Below are positions 31,819 to 40,767 of a stretch of 64,000 nt of DNA, piece after piece. The notes under the pieces are model-generated. The model was not told the origin of the DNA. It was given only the letters and a program-made list of their open reading frames with translations, and did no database searches. This DNA comes from Candidatus Omnitrophota bacterium (GTDB lineage: Bacteria > Omnitrophota > Gorgyraeia > JAHJTE01). Each line of letters starts with the position of its first letter. Positions within the stretch are counted from its first letter, which is position 1. Location: contig JAHJTE010000002.1 of the NCBI GenBank assembly GCA_018830005.1, positions 139,809 to 203,808 of the forward strand, in the 5' to 3' direction. A program made the translations under genes and the position numbers.

Positions 31819-32532
31819 CTATTGGGGAATGCTTACTTGCCCCCGATCTCCTTTACTTTGCGCTTTCTCATCTTCTGTTTTTTCTGCCTGAGCTGCTTCT
31901 GAATCCTCCAGTAGCTTTCTATAAACAAAGCCTGCGGCAAGCATTGTAGTCGGTACTGAAATAAGTAGACCGATCAGAAAAAACAGCGCTCCCAGTATAT
32001 TTATTCCGATAAAAACAATAGCAAAGATAACTAAATTCCACTTCACGCCTTTAGTCAATACTGAACTTTTCTTTAAAGCAGCCACAGGCCTCATTTCTCT
32101 ATCAACAACCAGATATCCATAAAAAGAGAATTGGATAGCCCAGATAATACCGGGAATAATCAACAAAAGCGTACCGGCAAAACAAATTAACCCATAGAGA
32201 AATGAAGCAGCGAGATATTTAAAAAACAAAGGGGCAGGAGAAAATAAATCGCTAAATTTAGGCAGTTCATTATCATAAGATTTTAAAACAATTCTTATTA
32301 GCCCCATCGAAACAATAAATGAAAGGGTTGAACCTATTAAACTTATTCCCAGCGGCAATAAGAGAAAGTCCTCTTTAAGTGCATCACTAATAAGCTTTGG
32401 CGCGAAATTAATCATTACGACAATAAATGTTATCGTTACAAAAAATCCGCCATTCTTCTTAACAGTGATCCATCCAAATTTAAATGCTTCATTGATTGAG
32501 AATTTTTTTGCCATATCTGTCCTCTCCCTCAC
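31819..32532 (-). CDS. Hypothetical polytopic membrane protein
   Basis: 4-5 predicted TM helices and an acidic/K-rich C-terminal tail. No family confidently recognised. Confidence 0.45.
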   Translation of the reverse strand: MRERTDMAKKFSINEAFKFGWITVKKNGGFFVTITFIVVMINFAPKLISDALKEDFLLLPLGISLIGSTLSFIVSMGLIRIVLKSYDNELPKFSDLFSPAPLFFKYLAASFLYGLICFAGTLLLIIPGIIWAIQFSFYGYLVVDREMRPVAALKKSSVLTKGVKWNLVIFAIVFIGINILGALFFLIGLLISVPTTMLAAGFVYRKLLEDSEAAQAEKTEDEKAQSKGDRGQVSIPQ

Positions 32533-32582
32533 AAGAAAGAGTTAAAAAGTTAGGATCTTGCGATTATACCTATTATGTTTTA

Positions 32583-32657
32583 TCGGGAAGGCGGGACTTG
32601 AACCCGCGACCTCTTGAACCCCATTCAAGCGCGCTAGCCAAACTGCGCCACTTCCCG
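32583..32657 (-). tRNA. tRNA-Pro (anticodon GGG)
   Basis: Hand-folded cloverleaf: acceptor CGGGAAG/CTTCCCG, D-stem GCGC/GCGC, anticodon stem CTTGA/TCAAG with loop AUGGGGU, T-stem GCGGG/CCCGC with loop TTCAAGT. 75 nt. Confidence 0.85.
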
Positions 32658-32692
32658 CGATTCCTCGCTTAGACTAACCTATTATAACTTCT

Positions 32693-33694
32693 CTATTCTG
32701 TCTTCATCCTCCTTGACATCAAGACATCAACTGCCTCTGGTGCTTTCTTTCCTTTATAAACAACATTGTAAATCTCTTTTGTAATCGGCATTTCTATCTT
32801 GTATCTATGACTCAATTTATATGCAGCCTTAACAGTTGTAATGCCTTCAGCAACCATACGCATTCTTTCTTTAATTGTCTTTATGCTCTTGCCTTTTGCT
32901 AATTGCTCTCCAACAAAGCGATTACGGCTAAATTTACTAACACAGGTAGTAACTAAATCCCCTAAGCCGCTGATTCCGTTTAAGGTCTCACGCCTGGCTC
33001 CCATAGCGTGCGCCAAATTGCGCATTTCATTTAAGCCGCGTGCCAGGATAGCTGCCTTGGCATTAGCACCAAAACCCAAACCATCAGAAATCCCACAGGC
33101 AATAGCGATTATATTCTTAAGGCTTCCTCCCAGCTCAACGCCAATAACATCAGTATTCCTATATACTCGAAAACGCCGGCTGCTTAATAACTCTTGCAAG
33201 CGCTTCAAATCTAGCGTATTTCTGCCTGCAATTACTGCGGTTGCTGGATGATTTCGCGCTACCTCCAGAGCAATAGTCGGACCAGAAAGCACATATATCT
33301 TCTCTGCAGCCAGTTCCTTTTTAATAACTTGGCTCATGCGCATGGATGTCTCTGGCTCTATGCCCTTAGTTACGCTTAAGATCAATTTTTTCTTAATCCC
33401 CTGAATATTTTTAAGCCTTCTAATTACCTTACGCAGATAAATAGAAGGGACTGCAACTATAAGCAAATCTGCACCGATAACAGCACGCTTTATATTAGAG
33501 GTAATCTTAATCCCAGAAGGAATCCTTATCCCCTTTAAAAACTTGGGATTCTTTCTATATCTATCCAAATACGTTGCATATTCTCTTGAGAAGCTCCACA
33601 ATGAGACTGAAAAGTTCTTTCTATGCAGGATAATTGCCAGAGTCATACCCCAGCCTCCGTCACCTAAAATTGTAATATTCTTAATCTTAGACAT
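32693..33694 (-). CDS. gpsA: NAD(P)H-dependent glycerol-3-phosphate dehydrogenase
   Basis: ITILGDGGWGMTLA Rossmann motif; GpsA length and pattern. Confidence 0.9.
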   Translation of the reverse strand: MSKIKNITILGDGGWGMTLAIILHRKNFSVSLWSFSREYATYLDRYRKNPKFLKGIRIPSGIKITSNIKRAVIGADLLIVAVPSIYLRKVIRRLKNIQGIKKKLILSVTKGIEPETSMRMSQVIKKELAAEKIYVLSGPTIALEVARNHPATAVIAGRNTLDLKRLQELLSSRRFRVYRNTDVIGVELGGSLKNIIAIACGISDGLGFGANAKAAILARGLNEMRNLAHAMGARRETLNGISGLGDLVTTCVSKFSRNRFVGEQLAKGKSIKTIKERMRMVAEGITTVKAAYKLSHRYKIEMPITKEIYNVVYKGKKAPEAVDVLMSRRMKTE

Positions 33695-33699
33695 ATTAC

Positions 33700-34110
33700 T
33701 TATTCTTTAAAAGATCCCCCTTCTTTATTCAATCTATTACAAAGAGCAATAAAACCTTCATCTTTTTCCTGGCGCGTTAAGAAACACAGACCTACATCAA
33801 AATATCCATCAGCTCGAGGACTAACTCTAACAACCTTTCCCAGTATTCCCCTTTGAACAATAAATGTGTTTGCTTCTATCTGTCGACAAAGATCTAAGGT
33901 GCCCATATCAAAAGAAAGCCAAAGGATTACCTCTTCTGGAATTCTATCCTTTAATTTACATAATAGGCCGGATTGACTGATATTCTGAGTATAGCCTGAG
34001 AATAATTTAGATATAGTTTCTTGCTTGCAGACCTTATAGCCTAATGGCTCTGTATAATCAAGGCGCACAAATCTCCTGCGCTCTGGCCTAGAATTAGCGT
34101 GATTTTCCAT
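33700..34110 (-). CDS. PilZ-domain protein (c-di-GMP receptor); start placed at the internal ATG
   Basis: RRRFVRLDY (RxxxR) and NISQSGLL (D/NxSxGG) PilZ signatures. The tabulated ORF start at 34197 is a TTG, and the ATG at 34110 is more plausible. Confidence 0.6.
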   Translation of the reverse strand: MENHANSRPERRRFVRLDYTEPLGYKVCKQETISKLFSGYTQNISQSGLLCKLKDRIPEEVILWLSFDMGTLDLCRQIEANTFIVQRGILGKVVRVSPRADGYFDVGLCFLTRQEKDEGFIALCNRLNKEGGSFKE

Positions 34111-34371
34111 AACTCTATAATTATAGATAAGATAGGTGTGATTTGCAACTAAAATTTGATAATGCAGGTAGGTGCAAGATGATAAGAAAAATAACAAGTA
34201 GGACTTAAGCTAATCAACGAGATTCTCTTAGATGCTGCCTTGTTGACTTGGATAATCTTGAAGAGTATTTAGCGAAGAATTCATTCATCTGACGCAGCCA
34301 TTCTAATTTCTTTTTAGGAGATATTTTCATAAACCTCAAAAGCCGCATCTTTTCACTTTCCCATTTAAAAA

Positions 34372-34869
34372 TCATTTTCCCTTCCTTAATTTCTTGATCT
34401 TTTTAAGTTCAGCTATATCAAATTTATCTACTATTCGAGATGTGTTTTTCTTCATCCTTAGAAGGTCATCTATAGAGATCACAGGGATCCTAATGTCATC
34501 AATCTTCATATTTATCGTCCTTTTTCTAGCTACCTCATAGGAGACGGGTGAATCTATGATTATATCAACCTCCTTTATTCCGTCCTTACCATAGAAATTA
34601 AATGCCTTCATATGTTTATTTTTAATCCAATCTGCTCTTATTTTCCTATCTGCAATTCCCATAGGGTCTACTGGTTGTTTTACCTTAAAACCGCGCTTTT
34701 TTAAAATCTTAACAATTTTTGAAAGATTGTCATCACTCATTTCTACGAGTATGTCTAAATCAGCAGTACTTCTCAGTGAACCGAGGAGATTAACAGCAAT
34801 TCCACCTACGATCATATATTTTACTTTCTTTTTCTGAAAGGCCCGTAATAACTCTTCGTAAATAAGCAT
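34372..34869 (-). CDS. Putative minimal nucleotidyltransferase (Pol-beta superfamily)
   Basis: GGIAVNLLGSLRSTADLDILVE matches the G[SG]x(9-13)DxD NTase motif. Confidence 0.45.
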   Translation of the reverse strand: MLIYEELLRAFQKKKVKYMIVGGIAVNLLGSLRSTADLDILVEMSDDNLSKIVKILKKRGFKVKQPVDPMGIADRKIRADWIKNKHMKAFNFYGKDGIKEVDIIIDSPVSYEVARKRTINMKIDDIRIPVISIDDLLRMKKNTSRIVDKFDIAELKKIKKLRKGK

Positions 34870-34915
34870 CTCTTCAACCTATATACTACATTCTGTCTTC
34901 AATATCCTTAAATCT

Positions 34916-35659
34916 TTATTTTATTTCCAGATTATATTTATTGGTACGCATCTTGGCAAGCTCCCAGGAATATTCGTAAAGATGCAGTCCTTTACTTACA
35001 GCAATAATCTCACCGTTTTCAACGCCGATTTCATCAGCCATATATTGCTTTACTAGCTCTAATCCACCCAGATTAGAAGGAAACCCTCCCCATAAATCCC
35101 AGGAGCGAAAATAAAGGATGAAATGTAATTTGCCGTAACGAATTCGCGTATCGATAAGACGCAGACAGGGCGGATCAACGAGCTTTATATCAGAAGGCAT
35201 GCCGATTTCCATAATTGCCTGATTAGTTCCATGCCCTTGCCTCTTGTATATGTTAATAACCTCCTGAACCTGATTAACATTTAAGGCCAATTCCTCAGCC
35301 ATCTTGTTTTCGGATTGAGTAGCTACTTTAACCTTGGGATCAACAAGTCTCTCTCCATAAGTGTACTCTTCGGTCTCTGTCTTAGTCCCTGTCAAAAGAT
35401 AGGAAAGATATCCTTGAATATAGTCCATATCCGTTGGCGAAGGAATACTCATCCCCTCGGGAATAATGGGAATAATCTGATGGGCTGGATTCTTAACGCG
35501 CACAACAACAAAATCAAACTCCAGACGACGCTGCCCCTGATAACTGCCACGCGTAATAGTATAGACGTGACCCTTCTCTAAAATAGCGTTTAGGCACTGA
35601 AACCAGGCATCATCTAAATCAAAGCTTTCAATACTTACAGGATTTAAAAATTGGCTCAT
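34916..35659 (-). CDS. Thymidylate synthase-fold protein (divergent / archaeal-like ThyA or pyrimidine hydroxymethylase superfamily)
   Basis: C-terminal half aligns by pattern with the TS catalytic core: PPCLRL (PCH-Cys), GKLHFILYFRSWDLWGGFPSNLGG (compare [24 protein letters not shown]), and ..GEIIAVSKGLHLYE (compare GDFVWTGGDTHLYS). Confidence 0.6.
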   Translation of the reverse strand: MSQFLNPVSIESFDLDDAWFQCLNAILEKGHVYTITRGSYQGQRRLEFDFVVVRVKNPAHQIIPIIPEGMSIPSPTDMDYIQGYLSYLLTGTKTETEEYTYGERLVDPKVKVATQSENKMAEELALNVNQVQEVINIYKRQGHGTNQAIMEIGMPSDIKLVDPPCLRLIDTRIRYGKLHFILYFRSWDLWGGFPSNLGGLELVKQYMADEIGVENGEIIAVSKGLHLYEYSWELAKMRTNKYNLEIK

Positions 35660-35662
35660 ATC

Positions 35663-36088
35663 TTAAGCGACAACAATGCACTTTGCCTGTGCAGAGGCTA
35701 TCATCTGGCCATTAGAATTTTTTGCCTGCGCAGAGGTCTTTATGATTTTGCCTTTCTTTTCGTCTATAGTAGATGAAAAAAACAATTTTTCTCCGACCTT
35801 ACTGCTCTTTCTGAAACGAACCCCTAATTCAGCAGTTAAGGCATAAATATTTTTTCTGTATAGGAGGTTAAGCATTACTTCATCTAATACAGTAGCAATA
35901 ATACCTCCATGGGTAATATTCGCAAAACCCTGGTGTACTTTCTTAGGGGTAAACTCTGTCTTCATTGTATTGCCATCTAACTGGAAAGTCAAACCTAATC
36001 CAGAGCTGTTATGCTTGCCGCAAACAAAACACATGAAGTCATCTTCCAACTTTATCTTATCAACCTTATTACTATCGGTCTTGGACAT
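35663..36088 (-). CDS. Hotdog-fold thioesterase (PaaI family)
   Basis: 141 aa; ITHGGIIATVLDEVM (HGG motif). Confidence 0.7.
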   Translation of the reverse strand: MSKTDSNKVDKIKLEDDFMCFVCGKHNSSGLGLTFQLDGNTMKTEFTPKKVHQGFANITHGGIIATVLDEVMLNLLYRKNIYALTAELGVRFRKSSKVGEKLFFSSTIDEKKGKIIKTSAQAKNSNGQMIASAQAKCIVVA

Positions 36089-36845
36089 GAGTACCTTCCT
36101 GATAATTAGTCATCACCAATTCTGCCGGCGCTAAAGATACTGCCCCTACGATCTTTAAAGGAATTCTTTTTTCATCAACGCTAAGCCAAAGCCTAAATTT
36201 CTTAGGCACACTTTCAATATAAAAGGCCTGAAATTTTCCAGCTGGAACACTTATCTCCTCAATGCGCTTTACCTCAAGCTCAAGTTTATCTAACGGCAAA
36301 TTTAAGTAAAACTTTCTTCCGATTTTAATATTTTTAAACTGACGATAATAATAAATACTTGAGATGGCATGCTGCAAGGGCCTATCTGATGTTATAACCT
36401 TGCTGCTTTCATTTCCCTTTTTATTTTTCGTAATAGTTACTGCCTTGGGATTGCTCTTATAGTCCTCCTCGATAACCTCTTCTTTTCCAAAAAAGAGGAT
36501 GCTTCTCTCAACCCTAAGAGGATAAAATGATTTTGGCACTGCATATATTTTATCCAGATCATGGAAGTTAGCCACGTCAGTTAAAAAAGTAATCAGTATG
36601 GCTTGCACATCCTTTTTAGCCTCAAGGCCTTCGTAGGAGAGTTGCGCCTTACCTATCCTAAAATTATACAATTTTACATCATAGTTTATTATTTCGCCTT
36701 TTTTAAAGGGGGATTCATCCATTGTCCTGCTGATTGTTTTAGAAGTAAAAACAAAAGAGGCCAACTTCTTGCCATACAAAAAAACAACAATAAGAAGAAC
36801 AATAGCTAGAATCAGAAGAATCTTTGTGCACCTTCTCTGAAACAT
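36072..36845 (-). CDS. Hypothetical membrane-anchored protein (possibly DUF3108-like)
   Basis: Single N-terminal TM segment and a beta-rich body. Family assignment is tentative. Confidence 0.4.
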   Translation of the reverse strand: MFQRRCTKILLILAIVLLIVVFLYGKKLASFVFTSKTISRTMDESPFKKGEIINYDVKLYNFRIGKAQLSYEGLEAKKDVQAILITFLTDVANFHDLDKIYAVPKSFYPLRVERSILFFGKEEVIEEDYKSNPKAVTITKNKKGNESSKVITSDRPLQHAISSIYYYRQFKNIKIGRKFYLNLPLDKLELEVKRIEEISVPAGKFQAFYIESVPKKFRLWLSVDEKRIPLKIVGAVSLAPAELVMTNYQEGTHVQDR

Positions 36846-36849
36846 AATA

Positions 36850-37236
36850 TTAGTCTATCCTTAATCGTTCTGAGATCTTATTTGTTATATCGTGGGCCAA
36901 CTCTACCTTTGGTAATAAATTTTTGCGGGCCTTCACAGTAAGCTTTACAGTTTTATCAGTAACCTCTTCTACCCTAACTCTCACCAGGCTACCTGAAACC
37001 TTTGCCTGAATGCTGGCAGAGGCCTTACTACTCTTCAAGATATCTCCGGATTCTTCCAACACATTAAATGCCACTTGCCACAGGCCAGATACGTCAGTAT
37101 CAAAATAACTAGTGACACCATCCGCACTTACGACTAAGGTACCAGCAGCACCCGCACCTACCAAGGCAACGCTACAGCCAGTTAAGAGTAGTGGTAAAAA
37201 CAAAAAAACTAATAATCTTATTTTTAAATTTCGCAT
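36850..37236 (-). CDS. Hypothetical lipoprotein
   Basis: Signal peptide with lipobox LLTGC. Confidence 0.5.
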   Translation of the reverse strand: MRNLKIRLLVFLFLPLLLTGCSVALVGAGAAGTLVVSADGVTSYFDTDVSGLWQVAFNVLEESGDILKSSKASASIQAKVSGSLVRVRVEEVTDKTVKLTVKARKNLLPKVELAHDITNKISERLRID

Positions 37237-37245
37237 CCAGCACTC

Positions 37246-37845
37246 CTAAAGTTCTAAAGCAGCCTCGGCAATATCCTTTGCCTGTTTTTCTATGCCGGGA
37301 AAATCCAGGATTTCGCCTTTTTTATCTATCTTTGCATAAAATAACTGACCGCAATACTGAGTATTAACTACATCAAAGAAATTCTTGATAATCTGCTTGG
37401 CATTTTCAAAAAAGTATTCTCTGCTTGAACCAGATACCAAAACCAAAAAACCTTTTTTTCTTTTTATATTTAATGTTGCCTCCTTTGTTAAAGAAGGCTC
37501 CTCTAGGCGCTTTTGCTTTGCTACCCAAAAAGGCTGCATGCGATCAATCAACATCTTGGCCTGGGAACTTAAGCTGCCAAAATAAATAGGCGAGCCAAAA
37601 ATAATAACATCAGAATCAGCAATTTTTTTGTAAATGCCTCCTAGGTCGTCATCTAGAATGCAAACTGCGCCTTCTGCGCATTCCTCACAACCCTGACAAG
37701 GACGAAAATTTAAATCATTGATAATAATGGTTTCGGATTGTGCGCGTTTGCCAATAGAATTACTGATTTTGCTAAGTACAATATCAGTGTTGCCGCCTTT
37801 TCTCGGGCTAGCGTTTATAAACAGGATCTTCTTGACCTTAGACAT
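37246..37845 (-). CDS. NAD(P)H-dependent FMN reductase / iron-sulfur flavoprotein family
   Basis: KILFINASPRKGGNT flavodoxin-like N-terminus plus Cys cluster CQGCEECAEGAVC. Confidence 0.75.
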   Translation of the reverse strand: MSKVKKILFINASPRKGGNTDIVLSKISNSIGKRAQSETIIINDLNFRPCQGCEECAEGAVCILDDDLGGIYKKIADSDVIIFGSPIYFGSLSSQAKMLIDRMQPFWVAKQKRLEEPSLTKEATLNIKRKKGFLVLVSGSSREYFFENAKQIIKNFFDVVNTQYCGQLFYAKIDKKGEILDFPGIEKQAKDIAEAALEL

Positions 37846-37873
37846 ATTATTAATCTGGATAGGGTTTGGCTGA

Positions 37874-37947
37874 TGGAGCGGGCAACGGGGCTCGAACCCG
37901 TGTAGGCGGCTTGGAAGGCCGCTGCACTACCACTGTGCTATGCCCGC
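37874..37947 (-). tRNA. tRNA-Gly (anticodon TCC), CCA encoded
   Basis: Acceptor GCGGGCA/TGCCCGC, D-stem GCAC/GTGC, anticodon stem GCGGC/GCCGC with loop CUUCCAA, T-stem ACGGG/CCCGT with loop TTCGAGC. 74 nt. Confidence 0.9.
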
Positions 37948-38007
37948 GTTGCTGGTTTGAGGTTATTACAAGACCCACCACCTCAAAACTTACTTAAGTT
38001 TACTTAA

Positions 38008-38092
38008 TGGTGGGCAGGGCAGGATTTGAACCTGCGAAGCTATGCGCAACAGATTTACAGTCTGTCCCCTTTGACCACTTGGGTACCTGCCC
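38008..38092 (-). tRNA. tRNA-Tyr (anticodon GTA), long variable arm, CCA encoded
   Basis: Acceptor GGGCAGG/CCTGCCC, anticodon stem ACAGA/TCTGT with loop CUGUAAA, long variable arm, T-stem GCAGG/CCTGC. 85 nt. Confidence 0.85.
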
Positions 38093-38101
38093 ATAAAGTT
38101 A

Positions 38102-38174
38102 AGCTGGCGAGAGGAATCGAACCCCCGACGTCCTCATTACAAGTGAGGTGCTCTACCAACTGAGCTACGCCAGC
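38102..38174 (-). tRNA. tRNA-Thr (anticodon TGT); integration target, 5' half shared with the attR repeat
   Basis: Acceptor GCTGGCG/CGCCAGC, D-stem GCTC/GAGC, anticodon stem CCTCA/TGAGG with loop CUUGUAA, T-loop TTCGATT. 73 nt. Confidence 0.85.
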
Positions 38175-38175
38175 A
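38137..38175. repeat. attL: 39-bp direct repeat covering the anticodon loop through the 5' end of tRNA-Thr
   Basis: ttacaagtgaggtgctctaccaactgagctacgccagca is identical to 46381..46419. Confidence 0.85.
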
Positions 38176-38197
38176 AAATATCATAACTTATTTTCTT

Positions 38198-39259
38198 TCA
38201 ATGAACTACAACAACAGACTTTTCTTCCGATTTCTTAACAATAGCCTCTGGTGACCAAATAGTGTCCATTCGCTTGCTTAAAACGTCCACTGCACGCTTC
38301 TTATGGTCAGGCGAAAGGTGACTATATCTAAGGGTCATTTTAAGGGATTTGTGTCCTAGAAGCTCTCTAACAGTATTTAAATCGACTCCTGACATAACAA
38401 GATGTGAGGCAAAGCTATGCCGTAAATCGTGGAAACGGAAGTTAATTATACCTGCTTTCCTCATTGCTGTAAAGAATGATTTTCTTACATTACCATAAGG
38501 TTCACCCTTATCATTACAAAAGACATATGGACTCTCAGAATGTTTCTTTGTTCTAATAAGAGCGGTCTTAACTTTTTCATTCATAGGTATTTCTCTCTTA
38601 TCTCCATTCTTAGTATTAAGTAGGTGAATTATCCCTCGCCTAAAATCGCAGTCCTGCCATTTAAGATTAAGTATCTCACCCCTACGCATCCCAGTGTTTA
38701 AAGCTACGATAACAATCGGTTTTAGATGTTTACTACATTTTGCCAGCAATTTAATTATTTCCTCTTTCTCAAGATAGCGAAGTCTCTTGTTATTCTCCTT
38801 AAAAAGTTTTACTTTAAGCACAGGATTATCTCTTGCCTTTCCCCACTCAATAGCACGATTATACATAGACTTAAAACAAGCAAGAGCTCTATTAACTGTT
38901 GCTGGTGAAACTTCCTTTATTCTTTTTGCCTTGTATCTCTCAACATCTTGGGGCGTTACCTCATAAAGATATTTGCCTGCAAAATACTTTTTTAGATTCT
39001 GGATAATGATAAGGTCTGATTTCTGCCAAGACCTGTTGTTTGGTTTACTATGAAGCTCTAAATATTCATTAGCAAAATCCTCAAACTTAATCTTTAATTC
39101 TTTTCGGACATCTAGATGTTTATTCTCAGCTACCTCTACTAGTCTTTTCTTGAGGACTTGCTCTGCTAAGACTTTACTAGAAGATATCTTCTGTCTAATA
39201 CGCTTACCGTTAGCGTAGTAATCAATCCACCAATTACCTTTTTTAAGATAGACAGCCAT
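38198..39259 (-). CDS. int: Tyrosine-type site-specific recombinase (phage integrase family)
   Basis: C-terminal catalytic box HDLRHSFASHLVMSGVDLNTVRELLGHKSLKMTLRYSHL with the R..H..R..Y residues; N-terminal SAM-like domain. Confidence 0.9.
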   Translation of the reverse strand: MAVYLKKGNWWIDYYANGKRIRQKISSSKVLAEQVLKKRLVEVAENKHLDVRKELKIKFEDFANEYLELHSKPNNRSWQKSDLIIIQNLKKYFAGKYLYEVTPQDVERYKAKRIKEVSPATVNRALACFKSMYNRAIEWGKARDNPVLKVKLFKENNKRLRYLEKEEIIKLLAKCSKHLKPIVIVALNTGMRRGEILNLKWQDCDFRRGIIHLLNTKNGDKREIPMNEKVKTALIRTKKHSESPYVFCNDKGEPYGNVRKSFFTAMRKAGIINFRFHDLRHSFASHLVMSGVDLNTVRELLGHKSLKMTLRYSHLSPDHKKRAVDVLSKRMDTIWSPEAIVKKSEEKSVVVVH

Positions 39260-39281
39260 TACTCCCCCCTAAACTGCTATG

Positions 39282-40487
39282 TTACTCCAAAAGTTTTTCT
39301 GATAGACCTTTCATTACTACATAAGGTTGTAATAAAGGATTTTTAAATCTATACCTGTATCTTCTCTTTCCTCCAGTTTTGACTAAAGTAAACCCTCTTT
39401 TTTCTGAACAAAAATCTGATAGATGGCGATTAAAGGTGGCAATGTTCACTTTATGCTTTACGATTCTTTCCAAAGGTTCACGTACATCAGCAGGAGCAAA
39501 ATAACCTAACTCATCTACTTGACATAACGCACAAGCAAACAATACTTGTTTAAATAAAGTATCTTTCCTTGGACTTGTAGTAGCTTTGGTATAAGCATTT
39601 ATAATAATTTGTTGAGCATCATTTATGGCATCATTTATACCTTCAAATAAATCTGTATCAGTGATATTCAAGCGTTGAGATTGCAAAGCTTTCCTTGTAG
39701 CTGCCAAACCAACTAAATGCGTATAATGTGGGAGCCCTTGAGATAAACGTACTATCTCCTGCTTTACTTTAGGATCAATCGACATTTTAAGTTCTTGAAC
39801 TGCTGAATTAATTATTCCACTTAGTTCATCTGACTTCATTCTGGGCATCAAAATTTGTACCAATGACCTATCAATAGATGCGTGTTCCTTCACTAATTCT
39901 TCGATGCTATCAGCTACACCGATTAAAATAATCGTAACATCTATTGAGTAATCAGAAAGCATCTTAATTGTGTCTGCAAGCAACGCCGTTACTTTACCCT
40001 TTTTGATTCTATCAAACTCATCAAATATAAAGACAAAACTTATGTCTTTTATTTGTTGGAGCTTACGAATATCTTCAATTTTTATTCCGTTTTCTTTTAC
40101 CACCAAATCTTTTAAAGAAACAAGCGTTTCTTTGCTTTGCTGACTAAAGCCAATACTTGGCTCCTCCATTATAAGAGATACATTATTTAAGGTTTTGCTC
40201 CATAAAGACGAAAAACTATCAGAAATATCACAATTGACTCTTGAGCAAAGTATCTTATGTTTAGCTAAAGGTTCAAGAACTTCCTGTAGAATATTTGCCA
40301 ATGAAGTTTTCCCAACTCCTCTTTCTCCATAAATGACGCTATGTTGACCTCTGGCAAAGATTAAATCAATAACACGATCCAATTGATAATCTCTTCCAGA
40401 GAATAGACTCCTTTTATCTATTGGGGTTGAAGGACTAAAGAAGCGACCAGCATAAAAAGATTTTTGTTTATAATCAATTCCTTCCAT
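39282..40487 (-). CDS. AAA+ / P-loop ATPase (Arch_ATPase/AAA_16-like; possible Orc1/Cdc6-like initiator or defence NTPase)
   Basis: FSGRDYQLDRV ... Walker A GERGVGKTSLA, Walker B FIFDEFDRI. 401 aa, and the C-terminal part is possibly a winged helix. Confidence 0.6.
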   Translation of the reverse strand: MEGIDYKQKSFYAGRFFSPSTPIDKRSLFSGRDYQLDRVIDLIFARGQHSVIYGERGVGKTSLANILQEVLEPLAKHKILCSRVNCDISDSFSSLWSKTLNNVSLIMEEPSIGFSQQSKETLVSLKDLVVKENGIKIEDIRKLQQIKDISFVFIFDEFDRIKKGKVTALLADTIKMLSDYSIDVTIILIGVADSIEELVKEHASIDRSLVQILMPRMKSDELSGIINSAVQELKMSIDPKVKQEIVRLSQGLPHYTHLVGLAATRKALQSQRLNITDTDLFEGINDAINDAQQIIINAYTKATTSPRKDTLFKQVLFACALCQVDELGYFAPADVREPLERIVKHKVNIATFNRHLSDFCSEKRGFTLVKTGGKRRYRYRFKNPLLQPYVVMKGLSEKLLE

Positions 40488-40584
40488 ATAAATACCTCAC
40501 TTTTAATACTAACAATGACTAATTACTATTTATTGTTACTGACTACAATTATACATGATTTTGCCGTTACGTCAAGTATTATTT

Positions 40585-40767
40585 TTAGGTTAATGGTTTT
40601 ATCCCTTTCTTATTTACCCAAGTATCTATTTCCCTAAGGTCAAATCTTAAGGCACCATGGAACTTATGGCAAGGGATTTTTCTATGGCAGACCCAGTTGT
40701 AAAGTGTCTTTACTGCTACACCCAAATACTGAGATAAGTCCTTAATTCCTACGAAACGTCTTTCCAT
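40585..40767 (-). CDS. xis: AlpA-family excisionase / phage transcriptional regulator (HTH)
   Basis: 60 aa; IKDLSQYLGVAVKTLYNWVCHRKIP..F is typical of AlpA/Xis DNA-binding proteins next to integrases. Confidence 0.75.
   Translation of the reverse strand: MERRFVGIKDLSQYLGVAVKTLYNWVCHRKIPCHKFHGALRFDLREIDTWVNKKGIKPLT

Noticed and set aside
34111-34197. N-terminal 29-aa extension of the PilZ ORF (MLFFLSSCTYLHY...)
   Set aside because: The tabulated start corresponds to a TTG codon. The PilZ domain begins right after an in-frame ATG at 34110, so the shorter gene model is preferred.
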